64,000 bases of DNA from an uncultured Methanomicrobiaceae archaeon (GCA_963826525.1 CAWGXH010000004.1:448001-512000); one strand, 5' to 3'. Shown: positions 15,205 through 26,454, numbered from the stretch's first letter. A program made the numbers and translations. Notes: generated by a model not told the origin, from the letters alone.

Positions 15205-15497
15205 CCGATCGCGCCGTCGGAGGCGGCGGCCGGCTGCTGTTCCGGTTCAGCAATACGTAAATACCAGTGATCCTGGCCGAATCTGCCGGAATTTCGACCC
15301 GCACAGAAGCCCGCAGACGGTCGATCCCGGGCGAGGCAGGGTACCATCCCCAGGAATTACTCCTCCCTCATTTCGTCATCGGCGCGATATGCTCCGAGAA
15401 TCGGTTCTGCCAGGATCCGCCCTCTGAAACCAGCGCTAAAACAGAAAAATACTCGCAAAATAGCCTTCTTTCAGGACGGAGAGAGGGGGTGTCCCCC

Positions 15498-16001
15498 TCA
15501 CCCGAGCGCCGGCATGCCGTCCGCCCAGGTCTCGACCGTGGTGCGGATAGCGTCGTCCTGGTAGCTCGTGATCCGGACTGCGTCCCGGCTGAACGTGACG
15601 TAGTAGATCTCGCCGGACGGGTCGTGGCACTTGAGCTGGCACGAGTAGGTGTCGTGCTCGGCGTCGCGGACGGCCTCGCCGCCCATCGCGGTCGCAAGGG
15701 TGGCGTCGCCCATGATCTCGGTGGCGACGCTGCCGAACGCGGCGACCGTCGGTGCCCGTGCGGAGATTGCTCCGACCCGCTTGCCGTCGTCGTCCTCGAA
15801 GTTCACCTTCGCGGTGTAGGACTCACGGTTCAGCGTCACGCCGTCATACGTGACGCCGCCCTCGATGTAGTCCACGCACTCGAAGGGGTTGTCGGCCAGC
15901 ACGCTCGCGACGATGGTGTCGAAAGCGGTGATGTCGGCGATCGGGACGGAAAGTTCCCGGACCGCCGTCCTGGTGTTGCTCTTCTCGACAAAGTCTGCCA
16001 T
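15498..16001 (-). CDS. Acidic hypothetical protein (MADFVEK...), function unknown
   Basis: 167-aa ORF with strong GC3 codon bias and an RBS-like AGGAG. From memory, not verified, it belongs to a multicopy Methanomicrobiales family. Confidence 0.75.
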   Translation of the reverse strand: MADFVEKSNTRTAVRELSVPIADITAFDTIVASVLADNPFECVDYIEGGVTYDGVTLNRESYTAKVNFEDDDGKRVGAISARAPTVAAFGSVATEIMGDATLATAMGGEAVRDAEHDTYSCQLKCHDPSGEIYYVTFSRDAVRITSYQDDAIRTTVETWADGMPALG

Positions 16002-16050
16002 TGGTTTTGCTCCTGCCTGTCGGGTCCCGGGATGACAGACAATCATACAG

Positions 16051-16069
16051 ATATTACCTAAAGTAATAT
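16051..16069. promoter_or_regulatory. Palindrome ATATTAC-CTAAA-GTAATAT
   Basis: Perfect 7-bp arms with a 5-bp spacer, ~50 bp upstream of the 16001 start; near-identical copy at 19103-19129. Confidence 0.6.
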
Positions 16070-16074
16070 ATGCC

Positions 16075-16718
16075 TGCCTTGACCGGCGGGAGCAACGGCG
16101 TCGCGACCTTCGGCCCGGCAGGGGCACGCCCCGAGACGTTAATGAATAGCGCGGGGCTCTTCATCGCCGACGATAACGCCGCGGACTCCGGCAGTTCCCT
16201 CGAGATCGCGGGCAGACCCGATCTCGTCGGCGAGTTCTTCCGCCTGATGCTCGACTACTCCGATATGGAGGGGCTCGACGCCGGCATTATGTCCACCCGC
16301 ACCGATGTCGCGTGGATCGTGAACGCGGCCGGAGCCGGACGAGGCCTACTCCTACGAAGAGACGGTGTACGACGTCAAGCGCCGCGAGGGCGACGGCGTG
16401 ATTGCTGCTGCAAACCACTTCGTCGACCCGGCGTGGCGGCTTGCCGTTCCCCCGGCGGAGCATTCGGCCTCCCGGTACGAGAATCTGCTGCACCTCGCCG
16501 AAGCGAGTAAGGGCTCGATCGACGGAGAGCGGATGGTCGCTATCCGCGATGTGCGGCTCGCCGAGGGGGGCGCGACCTTCCGGCACGACCCGCTCGAAGG
16601 CCTGCCGTACTCTTCGGATCACCAGGTGGTCTACGCCCCCGGGACGCAGACGCTCTGGATGAAGGTCGTCGACGAGGACTGGCAGCAAGTCGACCTCTCA
16701 TCGCTCTTCTCGGTCTGA
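16075..16718 (+). pseudogene. 5'-truncated Ntn-hydrolase/peptidase C45-like gene fragment
   Basis: TLMNSAGLFI, AANHFVDP.W, SRYENLL and QVVY.P...TLW motifs; no N-terminal half or start context. Confidence 0.55.
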
Positions 16719-16771
16719 GCGGCGGCAATCACTCAACCTCTCTTTTCGAAAAAAGGATTCTTCTCCGGGTT

Positions 16772-18949
16772 TTAGTGCAGAACCTCGTATCCCGGCATCC
16801 CGAGGACATGGCGGGCGAGGTGACATCGCGTCGGCGAGCGATGTAACCGCACTGTTCCCGTCAACGTTCACAATGTCCCAATCCAGCAGATAGGCTCGCA
16901 TGGCCGCAAAAGTATCGGCCGGCGTAGAGCGCATCGTAGAGCGTGACCCGTCCATTCAGGTTCACATCCCCGTTCTTCACGACCGTAAGCGGGATGGAGA
17001 CCGAGATGTCGCTGACGCCGTCTGCACCGGTCACGTTCACCGGCAGAAGCACCGGCACGTAGGCGCCGTTCTCAAACGGCGAGGAAACGGTGCTCGAGAC
17101 GGTCGCCGTCCAGACGCCGTCGCCGGTGCCCGCCATCGCTGCGGCCGCCGGCCCTCCGATCGCGGAGAGATCGACCATGACGGATGCGATGCCGGCTCCG
17201 GTCGCCGTCACCGAGAGACAGGCAAAATCACCCACTCGCGGAGTGCCGTCGGTGTTCTGAACAATAACCGCAGGTTTTGCCGTCGGAGCGCTCACGACGA
17301 GGTCGGGCGGGACGAGCGTGAAGGTGGTCGTCCGGTCGGTCCCAAGTTCCGGATACCCGATCGTGACGGAATACTCACCTTCCGCAAAACCGGTCGTATT
17401 GATATCGGAAGCGACCAGGTGACTATACGGCTCTCCCGCTCAGGTTTTACAACGGCCTGCTCCGCGGAAGAGCGACGTGGAGGACGCATCCGTCACGTTC
17501 ACCGACACTCCTCGCCGGCGGCGAGGTTCGTGGTGCCGGTGATGGTGAAGGTGCTGCCGACGGTCTTGTCGCCGATGGCGTCGATCCCGATCCAGGGCGC
17601 TTCTTCCTTCATGACGAAGTGCCAGCCTGGGCATAGGTGTAGTCGGTGTTGGACGCTTTGAGAGCGCTCGCAAGAGCGTCTGCGGCATCCCGCGGGCTGC
17701 ACGCCGTAACCGAGATCGATCTCGCTCCCTGCAGCGTCCCGGATCCAGGTCTCGTTGATGGGAATGACGTCCTGCAGCCCGTCCCCGCCGGGATGCTGAA
17801 CCACGATAAAGCACTGCTCCGGTGAGCCATGCTTCAGCGTCTCACTACTGCCGCGAGCGCGTACGCGATAGGATCCGTCATACCGTACAGACATTAGCCG
17901 GCCTTGCCGAGAATCCGGCAGAGCCCTCAGCTGAAGAACCAGACGCGAGATGTTCTCCGGATAGACGGATATGCATATCCGGAGATTGTCAGGCTGTCAC
18001 CCCTGGCGATAGACGCTCGGGCTCGCGGTTGCAGAAACGTGTGCGAACTCTTCATGACGACGATGGTGGTCGCGTACATACGCAGCATCGGAGAGGTGAG
18101 CCTTATCCCGCGGGGCGGAGACGGCGTAGATGGATATAGGCGCCCTGGTAGCGAGGCCTTTACCTACGCCCGGAGGTGTTCCAGCCTGTACTTCGCAGGT
18201 ATCGTCGGTTTCGACGTCGACCTGGGTGAAGGTACTGCCCTCGCCCGTCGACAACGGCCATCGCGACGTCATCGAGCCTGGCACCGTTGGCCGGGAGGTT
18301 CGGGCCGGTCAGGAAGAGGTAGGTGGTCGCGTTGTCGGTATTGTCGCCACAGAGTATGATCTCTTCGCCGACGTAGTAGACACCGGTTCCGGATGCGGTC
18401 AGATAACATCGTCCCCATCGTCAACCTGCCACCGCGACCGTGTCGGATAGAGAGGAGATTGAGGGGGTCAACGACGCCGAAGGTGAAACTCTGTGCCCTG
18501 GTGAAGGGAGTGGTGTTGAATTGAATCCAACGATTACCGTATCCGTCGACGGCCACATGCGCCTTGGTGTGAGTGAAGTTTGCAGCCTCACCGACCGGAA
18601 CGCTGGTGCCCGGGGCGACGTAGGGTTGCCCGGGTGCAATCAGGGGATACTGATCCACGCTCGGGAGGCCTTCGTCCTTGACATAGAGGTAGTACAGCTT
18701 TCCGGGCTCACCGGTGATGTGCGCGTAGAAGGTGTTGCCGTGGACGACACTCGTGACGGACGTAATCGTGGGAGCAGTGGCGGTAACCTCGCTCCCGGCG
18801 GCGGCCGAGGAGTTCATCGCAACGGTCTCGCCGCTCCCGATGCTGTCCGGAGAGGCCGTTTCCGCGAGTGCCGGTTCCCCTCCTGCGGTGGCGAGGCAGA
18901 GCAGGCATATGGTCAGCGTGCGGAGGAGGATACGGCGCCGGGTTGTCAT
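16772..18949 (-). CDS. Secreted S-layer-like protein with C-terminal dockerin-like domain (multiple frameshifts)
   Basis: Signal peptide, S-layer-type segments (FIVVQHPG.DG; WIGIDAIGDKTVGSTFTITGTTNLAAG), and dockerin repeats GDVNLNGRVTLYDALY / VDGNSAVT.LADAM..ARHVLG. Confidence 0.7.
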
Positions 18950-19102
18950 AGGGAAGGGTATCTGTACTCACCTCTAAAAGAGTTTTCCGGGATTTCATTC
19001 GTTAAAACCAGGCCTCTGAAGATATAACCATGAAATAGGGAACTGATTTCGGTTTAAGGGCATTTCCAGGGTTGAAAAAGTTCACTCCGTCCACTGTCCC
19101 GC

Positions 19103-19129
19103 ATAATTATTACCTCAAGTAATTATTAT
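19103..19129. promoter_or_regulatory. Palindrome ATAATTATTAC-CTCAA-GTAATTATTAT
   Basis: 11-bp arms (1 mismatch) with a 5-bp spacer, ~35 bp upstream of the small membrane protein gene. Confidence 0.6.
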
Positions 19130-19162
19130 CCTCCGGCAGCACCTATCCTCTCCGACGGAGGA

Positions 19163-19420
19163 ATGCGAATACGCCTGAGGAGAAGACCACCCGGGAGCTG
19201 ATTTATGAAACAAGCCGCGACGTCAAGTGGATCTGCCGGACGCTGCAGCGGATGGAGGAGCAGGCCGGCGACCACGAAGACCGCCTGCGAAACCTCGAGG
19301 GCTGGCGGCAGCGGAAGACCGGCGAGGAGCAGCGGGTCTTGCCGGATCAGCGCCGGTGCCGGCGGCCTCGTCGGCGGGGTCGTGGCGGTGCTGGTGCGGC
19401 TGCTCGGCGGGTGGTGGTAG
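19163..19420 (+). CDS. Small coiled-coil protein with C-terminal TM helix (XhlA/holin-like architecture), frameshifted
   Basis: GGAGG RBS; ...EKTTRELIYETSRDVKWICRTLQRMEEQAGDHEDRLRNLEGWR...ISAGAGGLVGGVVAVLVRLLGGWW. Confidence 0.6.
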
Positions 19421-19458
19421 GCGACCCACAGGTTCATGCTGCTACGATTCGATGTAGC

Positions 19459-19909
19459 ATGATGAATCTCTCTCCGATACACCTTTTTGCCGCTCTCGCA
19501 ATCCTCGCCGGGGTCTGCATCTCTGGCTGCACGGGTCAGGAGACCGTGATCTCCGGCGAGGAGCGGACGGCGGTGCTTGCGTATGCCGACCCGATCGCCG
19601 ACAACCTCCTGCAGGGGTTCAACGAGGGCAACTACACGATGTACTCCCGGGATTTCAGCGCGGAGATGAAGGGAAGCCTGGACGAGGCCGCCTTCGTGCA
19701 GAACCGCGAGCTCGTCACATCCAGGATCGGGCTCTACGAGTCCAGGGGAGACCCTGTCGTGACGGAGGACGGCGAATATATCGCCGTCAACTACCCGGCG
19801 ACGTTCGAGCGGGAGGACGGGGTGAACGTCCGGCTCGTCTTCCGGAAGGGCGATCGATTCGCACCAGCTCTACGGGCTCTGGTTCAACTCCCCGATGCTC
19901 CGGAGCTGA
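19459..19909 (+). CDS. DUF3887-like lipoprotein (3' frameshift)
   Basis: Lipobox ISGC; YADPIADNLLQGFNEGNY...Y.ATFERE...GLWFNSPMLRS. Confidence 0.7.
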
Positions 19910-20011
19910 AAGACCCCCGGCGGTGCGACTTCCCGGCACCGTTCTCCGGCTCCTGCTTTTCTGCAGATCCCGGAACGATCGGTGATGCGAGAGGAGCCAC
20001 AACCTCCCGCT

Positions 20012-20408
20012 TCACCACGCCTGCCCGCACTGCAGGCAGCGGTCCCGATGAACGCAGAGGATAACTCCGCAATGCTGGGCAGGTCCAGCGGCTATTCTCC
20101 TGTTCGATGAATTCGCCGATCCCCCGCTCCTGTATTGCGTGCAGGTTATCGAGCATGCTCATCCGGTATTTCGTGTAGCGCTTGTCCAGCTGTTTCAGCC
20201 GTGCGCAGGGATACCCGGCGCAGTCGTAGCAGTACTCCCCCGTCCGGTCGGGGCAGTTCCGGATCCTGCACCTGGCACAGTGCGGGTGCAGTCTGCCGGC
20301 ATCCTCCGCCCGGCAGCCCGGACATCTGTTCTTCTCCCGCAGGTAGGCGAGGCAGAGCCCGCAGTTCATACCGCAGGGAGCGATCAAGGCGGGGGAGAGG
20401 TGGTTCAT
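20012..20408 (-). CDS. DUF3795-like Cys-rich protein
   Basis: IAPCGMNCGLC, CPGC, C..C.I..C, YCYDC..YPC and terminal CP.CG...C.H...C..C. Confidence 0.8.
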
Positions 20409-20885
20409 CAGTCATCTCGTATGATCGTCGTACGGCAAGAACACTCTCCTTCCGGTGCCGGGCCCGCACCGGGGGGCGGGGCGGTCTGGTTGGGAGTCAG
20501 CCGCCAAATACTAATTTAGTAGATATTAGTAGTTCGTTAGTAGTTCGATCCGGCGGTAGTCCGGTACGTGATCTTCGGTACTCTCTTCTTCATCCGGGAG
20601 TCCGGTATCCCGCGTGGCAATCAGTGTCACGGATTCATCTAATCCGTTCCGGCTCCACTCCCGGGTGAGCCATGTATAGTACCCTCGCAGACAGTCGCCT
20701 GCGCCATGCGTACTGTCCGATGGTAAGCACTAGATTCACAGTTCGTGAACAAGAAGACTCATACCGCGCTCCCTGAGTTGTTCGAGTCGAAGCGAGGAAA
20801 CAATACCGGGACGACCTCACCTGGCCACCCCCTCACCGATACCCTGATAGGACGCCCGCACCCACACACTTCAGGAAGTGCCGGG

Positions 20886-21641
20886 ATGGATCTTGCGACG
20901 TTCTTCAGGGATGAGGGAGTTGACGTATTCGCCTGGGTCGGCATCGACGACCTCCCCGACGCGGACGGGCATCGGTGCTGCAGTTTCTCCCGGCCGCCCG
21001 ATCCGTGATCGTCTTTTTAAAGGAAGTCCCGGTCCCGGTCTACCGGATGCCGCAGAAAGAGAAGACCCGGGAGATGCTCCGGATTGCGGAGAGCCTCGAC
21101 AGCACCGCCGTACGGCTCGCCGGCCGCCTGGACGCGGAGCATATCCCGGCCCGCCCCGTTCCGCTCTACCTGCCCGTACGGATGGTCGACGGAAGGGTGC
21201 AGGGGGTCGTCCGGCTGAAGCAGATTGCAGCGGCCGGGGGGCTCGGGGAGATCGGAAAGAATACCGTTCTCCTCACGTCCCGTTTCGGCCCTCGGGTGCT
21301 GCTGAGCGGCGTCGTGACCGCAGAACCGGTTCGGGAATCAGAAAGAGGTGACGGGGCAAGAAATAGCGCTGCACCGCTCTGCACGGGATGCGGCAGCCTG
21401 CATCCGGGCATGCCCGAACGCAGCAATAGGGCCGGAGGGCGTCGATGCGTTCCGGTGCCGGACCGTCCGTGCCTGGGTGCCGCCCCCGCTCGTCCCGGTC
21501 GTGAAGTGGCTGCTCCGGCGGCAGTTGCTGGTCGGAAGCCTCGCCCCGCTTGCGCCGTCGATCGCCAGGACGGCAACGATCCGGTGCAGCCTCTGCGTCA
21601 CCGAATGCCCGTGGTTTGCGGGAGACGAGGGGACGGGATAA
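20886..21641 (+). CDS. Epoxyqueuosine reductase-like Fe-S protein (frameshifted)
   Basis: A.AGGLGEIGKN..L..RFGPRV.L, CTGCG.C...CP and C..CVTECP. Confidence 0.75.
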
Positions 21642-21642
21642 G

Positions 21643-24427
21643 TCACCGCACCCCCGCCTCCCGGTTCCACTCCCGCACGAGCCGTGCGTAGCACCCCTGG
21701 CAGATACTCGCCCGCGCCTCGCGTGAGTGGTAAACGGCCTTCCCCGCATCGCAGACCGTGCACCGCCCGAGGTCCACCCGCACCCGCTCGAACGTCCGGT
21801 GATCGAGCAGCCCGGGCAGAGGTGCGATCTTTCCTTTCCGCTGTACAACGTGCTGCACGGTTGCAGCAGAGTTGCAGCATTCGCCGCAATCATTCTGAGG
21901 AGGATTGGCGTTCGGTTTCACCATCAGCCGCACGGATGGCTCTCGAGGAAGTTCGGTTGCAGCATTCGGCGGATCACAGGCACAGACAGTAGTGGAGGCA
22001 CCCGCATATCCCATGCTGTGTGCTATCTCATTCTGCTGTACATCTGTACATGTGTGTGTATGATCTCCCTTTTCTGCACACTGGTTTCCCCGTTTCTCCC
22101 CCGTTCCGGCCTTCCCTTTCTTTGCAGCAGGTGCTTGAAATCTGCTGCAAACCTGCTGCAATGCTGCAATTATCGTCATCATCGCCATCAAGCCACACTC
22201 CCGCAGCCGATGACCAGAGCCGGTAGATCTCGATATCGAAGGAATAGTGCTGCTCACGGCGCCTGACCGTGGAGCCGCAGCCGTCCTCGGTCACCGTTGC
22301 TTCCGTAAACCCGATAGCCGGGCACTTCTCCAGCAGCCCCGAGTAGGTAGTCCCCCGGCTGGTGTAGCCGTGAAGGATACGCCAGGTCTGGTGATAGGAG
22401 AGGCCCATCGCCTGTTGCAGCATCCTGGTCGTGAACATCTCCACTCCCATCGCCTCCACCGTCTTCAGGGCAGCTGCCTCGTTCTGAGTGAGTTTGGTTT
22501 CCTGCCCGCCAGCCTCGCCGTTGATGGCGGTGTAGACCCTCACCGCCGCTCTGAAATCCTCCCTCGTAGCCAGGATGCCCGTGCTCCCCTCAGCACCCAC
22601 GAACCGCTTCCGCTGCATCATGTTGAGCAGAGCGCGAGCCTTGATGAGATCGAAGAGGATGGCCGGGTTGCGGCGGTTCGCGGAGCTCGAGAACTGGATC
22701 CTGTCCGCGAAAGGGATGGCGACGTGCACCCGCTCCTGCTTGAGCACCTCCCAGATCGCCCGGCAGACCTGCACGTCCACCGTATCGACCGTGCCCGGCA
22801 CCTGCATCTCCTGCTGCTTGAGGTGGGCCAGCACCCGCTCATCCTGCTCTTTCGAGTCATCGATCCAGACGGTGAGCATTCGGTTCATCACCTGGTCGTC
22901 GCCGACGCTCTCTACCTTCGCGAGCCACCAGACGCACCGTTCCGGGATGGTGCAGACGCGGAGCTGCCGGTCGGTGGTCACGGTCTGGTGCTCTATCCGT
23001 TCGCGGAAGTTCGCCGTGGCCGCCTTCAGGAGTTCCTGCAGGTCGTCCGAAAGCGAGACATCGTCGAAGAGGAAGACCGTGCCCGGTTGCAGTCGATTGT
23101 TGTAGTAGAGCGCCTTGTCACTCACCGTGCCGGCGAGGCGGTACTGCTCCGGTACCTGTTTGAGCATCGTCGCACAGGCGTGACTCTTGCCCTTCCCGGA
23201 GTTCCCGGAGATCGCGACGTGCAGGCCTTTCGTGTTCGCCACCGACTGCGAAGCGACCGACATCGCCAGGCACTCCGCGACGTTCCGGTCGCCAACGTGC
23301 TCTTTACTGAAGGTGTCGAGCAGGAACGCCAGTGGGTCGCCGCCTTTCAGGATGGCGAGCGCTCTTTCCCGGCACTCGTCCTGTTCCGGAGTAGGGGGAG
23401 CGGCGGGTGGCTCCTCCTTCCGCTTCGGCTCCCGTTTCTCCCGCTGCCCGTATCGCGCCCGGAGCTCCGGCCAGCGCTGCGTGCCGCCGCCGCAGCTCGT
23501 GTGGTGGCAGCCGGCGAAGATGGCGCCGCTCGCGAACTGGATGGCGAACGCTCCGTCCTTATGGGCGGGGGAGAACGGGCAGTCCTCGAGGGCGTAGAGC
23601 GTCCCGCCCCGGTAGGGTTTCGCCGACCGGACGGCGATCCTGTGATCGAGCGAGCCAGACGGCGAGGTCGATCCCCCCGCCCTTCTTCGGCGCCGGCGGC
23701 TCGTCCTGCGGGAGCAGCCCGGCGAGGTGGGCGAGTTGCTCCACCGGAACAACGCGCGATCTCGTCAGGAACCGCGAGGAGCCTCGCCCGCCGGTGCGGC
23801 CGCTCCGGGGTGTTGTCGCCCTTCCGCGAGACCGTGCCGTAGAGTTTCCAGATCCGGGCGGCGTTGTAGTTCGCGGTATCGACGGTGACCTGCTCGTTCG
23901 AGAAGAGGGCGTCGAGGGTCGCGAGGCAGTTCTTGACCAGAACGGTCGCCGCCTCGTCGTTCGGAAGATCGATCCGGTAGAGGAGGTGCGCCCCGTTCCC
24001 CGAGTCGGCCTTGACCGGCGTCTGGGAACCCCTGCTCGCCGAGCCAGGCGGCGATCCGCTCGGCGGTGGTAAGAGCAAGATCGTGCTCGTCGTCCGTGGA
24101 CGAGACCCCGCTCGGCCGCACCGGGTCGATATCGACCGGCAGCCACCGCCGTCGGAGGATATCGGCGTCGGCCGTCGTCGCGTCCTTCTTACCGAGGCGC
24201 ATCTTGATCCGGTTCGCCCGCCGGGCGAGGAGCGCCGGGTTGACGGGATTGAGGGTGACGTAGATCCCGCCGACCGACGGATCGGCGTCGAGCACCGCTG
24301 CCCGTTCGGCGAGTTCCGTGCGGTCGTCGAAGTAGCCGGAGTGGACGGCACTCTCGGCGAGCGCCCGCACCTCGATGACGCCCTCCGGGGCGATTACCTC
24401 CGCCGCACGACGGATCGCGTCGCTCAC
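21643..24427 (-). CDS. Large primase-helicase-like replication protein (AEP-like N-terminus, Zn motif, P-loop NTPase, C-terminal Zn finger), split by frameshifts
   Basis: WLPVDIDP (DxD), DSGNGAHL (SGxGxH), CPF...H...CHHTSC, GNSGKGKS Walker A, FLFDD Walker B, and CTVC...CQGC. Confidence 0.78.
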
Positions 24428-24762
24428 GCCGTCACCCCCGGGATGAGGGGGAAGAGGGGAGCGCTCGCCGCCTCCCCCCGGGCGACCCGCTGGAAGCTGA
24501 CGAGCGGGATGATGAACGACCCGGCACGGGTGTGGAGCACCACGGCCTTGCCGGTGCAGTTTACCGTCGCGTGCCCCTCGATCGTCGTCCGGCCCATCGG
24601 CGTGCCGCCGCCCGGGATGACGCGGTCCTGCACGACCGGCACGACCCTGCCCGAGAAGAGCAGGTGTTTGACGTCTTCGGCATCGATCCGGTAGTGCTCG
24701 GCATCCACCGCGATGTGGAGCGTGCCGCCGCTGCCGTAGGCGAGTGTCCCCGGCTCAGGCAT
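24424..24762 (-). CDS. Hypothetical protein coupled to the primase-helicase gene
   Basis: 112 aa; stop overlaps the next start (GTGA). Confidence 0.7.
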   Translation of the reverse strand: MPEPGTLAYGSGGTLHIAVDAEHYRIDAEDVKHLLFSGRVVPVVQDRVIPGGGTPMGRTTIEGHATVNCTGKAVVLHTRAGSFIIPLVSFQRVARGEAASAPLFPLIPGVTA

Positions 24763-25126
24763 GGGTATCCTCTCCGGCCACGGTGGTGATCGCGTAGCAG
24801 TGCCCGGCCGTGCAGGTGACGTGGATCTCGCGGAGTGCCCGCTTGTGCCGGGCGACCTCGGCCGCGACCACCTGGGCGATCAGGTAGAGCGGAACCGCTC
24901 GCGGTGGGCGGGCTGCCGCAGCGTTTATCCCCTCCGGTGCGGAAGTTCTTCCGGCAGTCCCGTGTGAATCGATGTTGGTGCACGCTTCATCATGTGGGCT
25001 GCCGCCCAGAACAGATCTCTCCTCCTCTCCCGGGTCGACCGGGACGCGACCGTCTCGTAAGGTGCTTTTCGGTTTCGGTTTCATACAGAACCTCTCTACT
25101 GTTCTTCGCGATGCCCCGGTGCTCAC
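24755..25126 (-). CDS. Hypothetical protein, first gene of the replication cassette (start uncertain)
   Basis: Overlaps the downstream gene by 8 nt; VPLYLIAQVVAAEV...H.Y.IT C-terminal domain. Confidence 0.6.
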   Translation of the reverse strand: MSTGASRRTVERFCMKPKPKSTLRDGRVPVDPGEEERSVLGGSPHDEACTNIDSHGTAGRTSAPEGINAAAARPPRAVPLYLIAQVVAAEVARHKRALREIHVTCTAGHCYAITTVAGEDTHA

Positions 25127-25298
25127 TATCAGTGATACGTCGCGGCATCGCTTGAATCAGCATAGGGGGGCACGAGTAAAAAGAATGCGTCCGAAGGGTT
25201 GAATCTGAAAACAGAGAGTATATGAACGTTACTTAACCGCGAGACGATAAAATGGCAGGAGGGGAGGGGAATCGGCGATTGCCTCCCGAACAGGGAGA

Positions 25299-26454
25299 TT
25301 ATGCATGTTTGGTCTCTCCCGGCAGGCTGCAGGCGGCGAGCACCTCGTCCGGGTCATAGCGGAGCACGATCTCCCGCGTCCTTCCGCGATCGGTGCGGAG
25401 CAGCAGGTCGACGACCCCCGCCTCCTCGAGCCGTCGGAGCCGCGTGTGGTAGGTCGTTTTCCCGATAGGGAGATACTCTTGCGCCGCTTCATAAACCGCA
25501 CCCGCAGTCATATCCAGATCGGTGTCCCGTGCCAGTTCGGCGATCCGGGAGAGCAGGACACGCTCGCCCTCGCTGAGATTCGCGGCCTGAATCTGCAGGG
25601 CCGGCGCGATGATTACCCGGAAAGCGTCCATCACGTCCTTCCGGGTAACGGTCGAGCGGCCGGCATTCTCCGCACGCCTGGCCGCTATCCGGACGAGTTC
25701 TATCCCGACCCGGATATCCTGCTCCCGTGCGGCGACATCCGTGACGAGGTCGAGAGTAGATCTGGAGACCACGTTCGGGTAGAGACCCTGCCGGATCCGC
25801 TCGGTGAGGATCTGCCGGATCTCCGTCTTCGTGTACGGCTGGAAGAAGACCTCAGGTCGGGTGGAAGACCGACCGGACGCGCACGTCCACCACGGCGGCG
25901 AGGTGCAGGGCGAGATCGCTCGATACCGCGAAGACGCCGGGCTTGCGAACGTCCCAGGTCTCGTAGAGCCGAAGGAGCCGGTAGAGGAGGTCGTTCAGCC
26001 GCCGTGATTCGTGAAGGTAGTTAGCGTCGTCCAGACAGACGAGGAGTGCGGCGTCCCGGCTCTGGAGCCGTTTGGCGGCCGTCTGCACGATCTCGTCGAG
26101 GTGCCGGCCGGCAGGCGGCGGAGCGTAGCCGACGAGTTTTTCGAAGATGCACGAAAAGACGGAGAACTCCGTCCGGTGCTGCTGGCAGTTGACGTAAACA
26201 GGCACTATCTGTTCCGTCTCCTCCTCGATCTCCGCGAAGAACCGCCGGACGGTGGTAGTCTTGCCGGTGCCGGGCGGGCCGCGGAGGACGGCGCTCTCCG
26301 GGCTGCCGCCGCGGAGAACCGGCCGGACGAGGAAGGCAAGCTCGCGGAGCTGGTCGTCGCGGTGGTTGAGCTGGTCGGGGACAAAAGTGAACTCGAAGAC
26401 CTCGCGGTCCCGGAAGAGCGTCTGGTCGTAGCGCAGGGTTTCTTTCTGCCTCAT
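25299..26454 (-). CDS. cdc6: Orc1/Cdc6-type replication initiator (frameshift ~25850)
   Basis: FEFTFVPDQLNHRD.Q, GPPGTGKTT, VYVNC, VCLDDANYL and a C-terminal winged helix (RGRTREI). Confidence 0.9.

Noticed and set aside
25569-25582. 14-bp match (ctcgctgagattcg) to the tRNA-Val T-arm/acceptor region, considered as an att site
   Set aside because: It lies inside the uninterrupted cdc6 coding frame (ANLSE), omits the tRNA terminal bases, and no integrase is nearby. It is most likely chance.
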